Below are positions 58,301 through 64,000 of a stretch of DNA of 64,000 nt, piece by piece. The notes under the pieces were generated by a model. The model did not search any database, had not been told where the DNA came from, and worked only from the letters and a program-made list of their open reading frames with translations. Both the position numbers and the translations under genes were made by a program. Source of the stretch: Halocafeteria seosinensis (taxonomy: Eukaryota); contig LVLI01000146.1 in the NCBI GenBank assembly GCA_001687465.1, positions 1 to 64,000 on the forward strand, read 5' to 3'. Within the stretch, counting starts at the first letter, position 1, and every line of letters starts with the position of its first letter.

Positions 58301-61300
58301 ATGGAACTTGACGATTCCTTCCACTCGGACGAAAACTTCGATGACGAAGAGGATTTCTCCGTGGGAGAGGATGAAGAAGACGAAGACATTTCGGATTTCG
58401 AGGAGTCTCCTCAGAAGCCAGTACCTGCTGCTAAGGTACGGTGTAGAGCATGGTTCTCTTGTTTTCTGAATCCCTATAGGCAAAGAAAGTTCCAGCTACG
58501 CGCGTCCGGACTGCTAAACGGCTGCTGGGAAGCCTCCCTCACAATGTTGGTCTATTAAAGCCTTTTTCTTTCACGTGATGCAACTAAAATGATATCGCAG
58601 AAGACAAACAAAGCCACAGCCAAGAGTTCGAAAGGAGTGAAGTCTTCTGGCAGCGCCAAACAGCCTCTGAAAGAGTCCAAAAATGCTGCGAATTCAAATG
58701 AGAAGACAGTCGAACAAATTTATCAGAAGAAATCGCAGCTGGAGCACATTCTTCTCCGCCCTGACTCGTATGGTAAGCATCGCTTCTTGTGCCAATAGAT
58801 GATTTTGTCTATTTTCATGGTTGTCCGCTTCCATTGCAGTTGGGTCAATCGAATCTGTCACCCAGAACCAATGGGTTTTTGACCGCACTCGAAACCAGTT
58901 GGTCAACCGTTCCATCAACTATGTAAGTGTAATCAATAATACCTTCTCTTAAAGTTCTACATAATGGGACCACTGTTGTGAGTGATTCGTTGTGCAGGTT
59001 CCTGGGCTCTACAAAATCTTTGATGAAATCCTCGTAAACGCTGCTGACAATAAGCAGCGGGATCCTTCCATGGACCGGATTGAAGTAAACATTGACTCCT
59101 CGTCTAATACAATCTCCGTATGGAACAACGGAAATGGTGTACCTGTTGTTATGCACAAGGAGCATAACATGTACGTCCCTGAGTTGATCTTTGGGTACCT
59201 TCTGACATCAAGTAACTACGATGACGATGAAAAGAAAGGTGAGTCAAACATAATCACGACAACGAAACGGTAAATATTGTAAAGGCTAATATCTTTCACA
59301 TGACCGCAGTCACTGGAGGAAGAAACGGATACGGGGCAAAACTTGCTAACATCTTTTCTACACACTTCCGGGTTGAGACGTGCGACATGAAGAACCAAAA
59401 GACGTACACACAGGATTTCTACAACAACATGTCGGAGCGTTCAGAGCCTGTGATCAAAACGTGCAAAAAAGGAAAGGACTACACGAAAATCTCATTCACT
59501 CCCGACCTGGCACGCTTTGGCATGGAGGTAAGGCAATAGAACATATCCACGCTTTGAACCGCCTTTAGTGAACAATATTCGTAGTACAGTCTCTGGACGA
59601 TGACACTGTGGAGCTCATGACAAAGAGGGTGTACGATTTAGCGGGGGTTACCAATAAATCTGTAAAAGTCTACTTGAATGGAACTCGTCTTCCAGTTAAC
59701 AGTTTCACGGATTATGTCAATCTCTACATTACCGACGACGAGGCTCCCAGAATTTATGAGAAAATTAATGATCGCTGGGAGATAGTGATGAGTCTTTCTG
59801 ATGGGCAATTTGAGCAAGTTTCTTTCGTAAACTCAATATGCACCACAAAGGGTGGGCAGCATGTAAACTATCTAGCGGATCAAATTACAGAAAAGGTGGC
59901 TGCAGCTGCCAACAAGAAGAATAAGGGAATTCAAGTAAAGCCTTTCCATGTGAAGAATCACTTGATGCTGTTCGTTAACTGCCTTATTGAAAACCCTGCG
60001 TTCGACTCCCAAACTAAGGATACGCTCACAAGCAAGAAAACCGCTTTCGGATCAACGGCCTCTATTTCCGAGAAGACCCTGAAGGAATTCTTGAAGAGTG
60101 GCATTGTCGACCGTGTCCTGTCCTGGGCCAAATTCAAGCAAACAAACCAGCTGAAGCGTAAAGGAGGAGCAAAGAAAGAGAAGATTGTCGGAATTCCGAA
60201 ACTTGATGATGCCAACAACGCTGGCGGGTCAAAAGCGCAGGACTGCACTCTTATCTTGACGGAGGGAGATTCTGCTAAGGCGTTAGCAGTTTCCGGTCTT
60301 AGCGTGGTATGTTCACTTTTCTTAAATGAGTTGTCATTTACTTCTTTGTTAGAACATGTTGAATATGTTTTATACAGGTTGGGCGTGATAACTACGGCGT
60401 GTTCCCTTTGAAGGGAAAGCTGCTCAATGTCCGCGAAGCAAACCATAAGCAAATTATGAACAACAGCGAAATTCAAAACATTGTCAAAATCCTCGGATTG
60501 CAATTTGGCAAGCAATACGAAAGCACGAAAGGTAGGCATTTCTTCGATCGAAGTACTTCGTTGTTTGTATTGATAACTCGAGATTTTATGTCTTCGTTTT
60601 CAGGCCTTCGCTACGGTCACCTCATGGTGATGGCGGATCAAGATCACGACGGAAGTCATATCAAGGGACTCGTCATTAACTTTATCCACCACTTTTGGCC
60701 GAGCTTGCTGCAAATCCCCGGTTTCCTACAGGAGTTCATTACTCCCATAGTAAAGGTCTCCAAGGGCAACCGTAAGTTGTCGTTCTTCACTTACCCCGAG
60801 TACGAAACTTGGAGAGAAGCCACGAACGGCGGAAAGGGATGGACGATCAAGTACTACAAGGGTCTCGGGACTTCCACCTCCAAGGAAGCTAAGGAGTATT
60901 TCGCGAATCTTGATCGGCATGTTATTGACTTCGCATGGGAGGGCTCCCAAAGCGAAGATTTGATCGATCTTGCTTTCTCGAAGAAACGCACGGATGATCG
61001 TAAAAACTGGCTACTCGTAAGTGGCGGTGTAGTTACGATGTATCTGTAGCAACCATTATCAGCTCTTTACTGTTCTTTCCATGAACCAGGAATTTGAAAA
61101 AGGTACTTTCGTTGATTACAGCGTCGATGCAATGAAGTACTCAGAGTTCATCAACAAGGAATTGATTCTCTTCTCTATGGCTGACAATGTTAGAAGCATT
61201 CCATCGCTTGTAAGGTTTTCAACTCAACAGTTATAGCAGTTTCTATCGCAGCTGAATAGCGTATTTATGGTTGCAGTTAGATGGACTGAAGCCTGCACAG

Positions 61301-63916
61301 CGGAAAGTTCTCTTCAGTTGCTTCAAACGGAACTTAAAGAAAGAAATCAAGGTTGCTCAGCTTGCTGGTTATGTTTCGGAGCATGCTGCCTACCACCATG
61401 GCGAAATGTCACTTGCTGCAACTATCGTTGGGATGGCGCAGAATTTTGTAGGATCCAACAACCTGAACCTGCTGGTACCATCCGGTCAGTTTGGTACACG
61501 CCTGATGGGTGGTAAAGATGCCGCCTCTTCGAGGTATATCTTTACGAAGTTGTCTCCCATTACGCGAACTATTTTTCATCCCGATGACGACCCGTTACTT
61601 TCGTATTACGAAGAAGATGGACGTAGCATTGAGCCTGAGTGGTATCTTCCCGTAATTCCCATGGCACTAGTCAACGGCAGCGATGGAATCGGTACTGGAT
61701 GGTCTTCTTCGATTCCAAACTTCAGCCCGAAGGATATTATCAAAAACATTCGGAAAAAGCTTAAGGGAGAGGAGTTTGAGCCACTGACCCCGTGGTATCG
61801 TGGATTCAGCGGGGAAATCATCCCCAAGGACAGCAACCACACTTCCTTTTATGTGAAGGGCCAAGCTACGTTGGAAGATGAAGCCGAAGAAGACTTCGAA
61901 GATGATGACGAAGACTCAAAGAAGTCCAAAAACAAGAAAGACAAAGTCGCAGCAAGGGTGCATATTAACGAGCTCCCTGTGAAGCGCTGGACACAAGACT
62001 ACAAGCAGTTTTTGGAAACTCTTCTTCCGGGCGCTGGTAAAGATGACAGCAAGAGCAAGACCAAGTCTTCCGGCAAGTCAAAGAAAACTGAAGAGGAAGG
62101 AGCTGAGCCACAGGAACAGTACGGATGGATCACTGAGTTCAAGGAAGGTCACACCGAAACTACCGTGTCATTCACTTTGATGATGACTAAGGAAGGTCTT
62201 AAGCAAGTGAAAACAGACTCGGCGCTGCACAAGAATCTCAAACTTGATGGTAGCATGACAACTACCAACATGCATCTCTTTGACTCTAATCAGCAAATCA
62301 AGAGATACTCTAGCCCCGAAGAAGTTCTCCAGGACTTCATGGATATCCGGCTGCCCTACTACCAAAAACGCAAGGACTACAAACTGAATCTTCTTCAGGA
62401 AGAATGGGAAAAACTCAACAACCGAGTTCGCTTCATCATGGCAGTAGTGAACGGCGAGTTGAAAGTCAACAATGTCAAGAAGTCGGAACTCATGCAGACT
62501 CTCAAGAAGGAAGGTTACAAGCAATTCTTTCCCCAGAAGAAGGCCAAGAGCCCTGAAGACGAAGATGAAGCAGAAGAAGATGAGGAAGGTGAAGACGAAA
62601 CCACCGCGTCATTGTCCAGGGGATACAATTACCTTCTCTCAATGCCGCTGTGGAGCCTTACGATGGAAAAGGTGACAAACCTTCGACAGGAGCTTGAAGG
62701 GAAAGAAGAAGAACTGGAGAAACTGAAAAATATGACACCTGAGGACATTTGGTTGGAAGACCTTGATGCTTTAGAAGCTTCGATAGATGAATTCGAGAAG
62801 GACATTGCTGCCGATGCGGAAGACGAAAAGAAGGCACGTTCTGCCTATAACAAATGGCACAAGAAGAAATCAGGTGCTAAGAAATCTTCCGGCGGAGGCA
62901 AAGCGGGAGGCAAAGCGGGTGCTAAAGCGCGTAAAGAAGCCTCCCTACAAGCATTGAAGGAGACCAAGAAGGTAGATGGGGTGGATGTTCCCACCGAAGA
63001 AAACAACGATGAAGACTTGGATGCTTCCGATGAGAGCGACGAAGACAGCGACTTCTCCGAAGCCGACTTCAAACCTGCGAAGCAGACGAAGCAACAACCG
63101 GCCAAGAGGTCAACTAATACGAGAGGAGCCTCAAACTCAAAACCATCAGCTGGATCACGTTCTAGCAAACCTCAGGCAAAGATCGCTTCCACCAAGCAGT
63201 CAGCGGCTTCATCAGAATCCAAAAGCTCACAGTCCAAAGGAACGTCGCAATCCTCGTCAGATGCAGATGCTGGCGAAGAAAGAATGCTTTCTCTAGCCGA
63301 AAGGCTACAGATGAGAATGAATGTTTCTCCTCCCGGAAAGCATTCAGCGCCCACAAACCCGTCCACAGTTTCAGACCTGGGCGAAAGTGGAATGACGCCG
63401 TCAGATGCCGAGGATTTTGACGATTTTAATTCCGTAGAAGCAACTCCGTCCGCACCAAAGGGATCAAAGAAGAGTAAGGCCGTAAAGCAACAGACGGCTT
63501 CGAAGAGTTCTGGGAAACGAGAAATTAGCGATGAGCGTGCCGCCGCAAAGAAGTCAGGCACAGCTGCTACTTCTAAGAGCGCAGCAGCTGCCGGAAAATC
63601 TAAGAGCCGCACGAAGAAAAAAGAACAAGACGAGAAATTATTCTCTCCTGTGAAAGCCTCACCTGCTCCAAAACGCGGCAAGACTTCTGCCCAAAAGAAG
63701 AAAGAAGACGCGGTGGAAATCGACCTCGATAGTAGCGGGGAGGAGGAAGCTGTCACTCAGCCAAAGAGGGCACCTCGGCGAACGGCGGCCGCCTCAAAGA
63801 AAAACTTTGCCGAAGTGGACGATGACGATGACGAGAACGAGAACGAGGAAGATGATTCTGAGGAATGGGATAGCCCGGATGAGGAGGACGACGATGAGGA
63901 CTTCGAATTTGAGTAG
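58301..63916 (+). CDS. TOP2: DNA topoisomerase II; multi-exon
   Basis: YQKKSQLEHILLRPDSY, FDEILVNAADN, GGRNGYGAKL, LILTEGDSA, PLKGKLLN, DQDHDGSHIKG, YYKGLGT, DGLKPAQRK and active-site ASSRYIFT. Confidence 0.98.
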
Positions 63917-64000
63917 CCTGTTTTTAGTTCGTAACTAATTCGGATTGTTATGTAAGTATTACGTATATTTCTTATTACAGAATAACACACGATGCTCCCC

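Overview
Gene-dense eukaryotic DNA with short GT-AG introns (mostly ~45-90 nt), most likely from a flagellated stramenopile protist (inferred from a Sig1/Ocm1-like EGF protein, CFAP157, a PTPS-III-type enzyme and a CRN-like locus). The first ~3 kb is a shuffled mosaic of Helitron/Helentron Rep and Pif1-helicase fragments with short direct and inverted duplications. Housekeeping genes include DDB1, a BUB2-like TBC GAP, UTP14, SHMT, a FAM210-like protein, a front-end desaturase, CFAP157, PTPS, an MFSD6-like transporter, a cystatin, CMS1, a PRRC2-like protein and TOP2. The main accessory feature is an ~18 kb essentially intron-free, single-strand island (10.5-28.3 kb). It holds three paralogous type II membrane proteins ending in an atypical kinase-like domain reminiscent of secretory-pathway POMK/PKDCC kinases, followed directly by three copies plus one relic of a secreted lectin-like / Cys-rich / mucin-like / kelch protein. 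This is a candidate extracellular kinase-plus-substrate system. A second accessory spot (37-41 kb) carries a CRN/RHS-type NTPase+nuclease frame broken by two in-frame stops, next to an intronless bacterial-type amidinotransferase. All family assignments are from motif recognition by eye; no searches were run, and several exon boundaries and starts are approximate.
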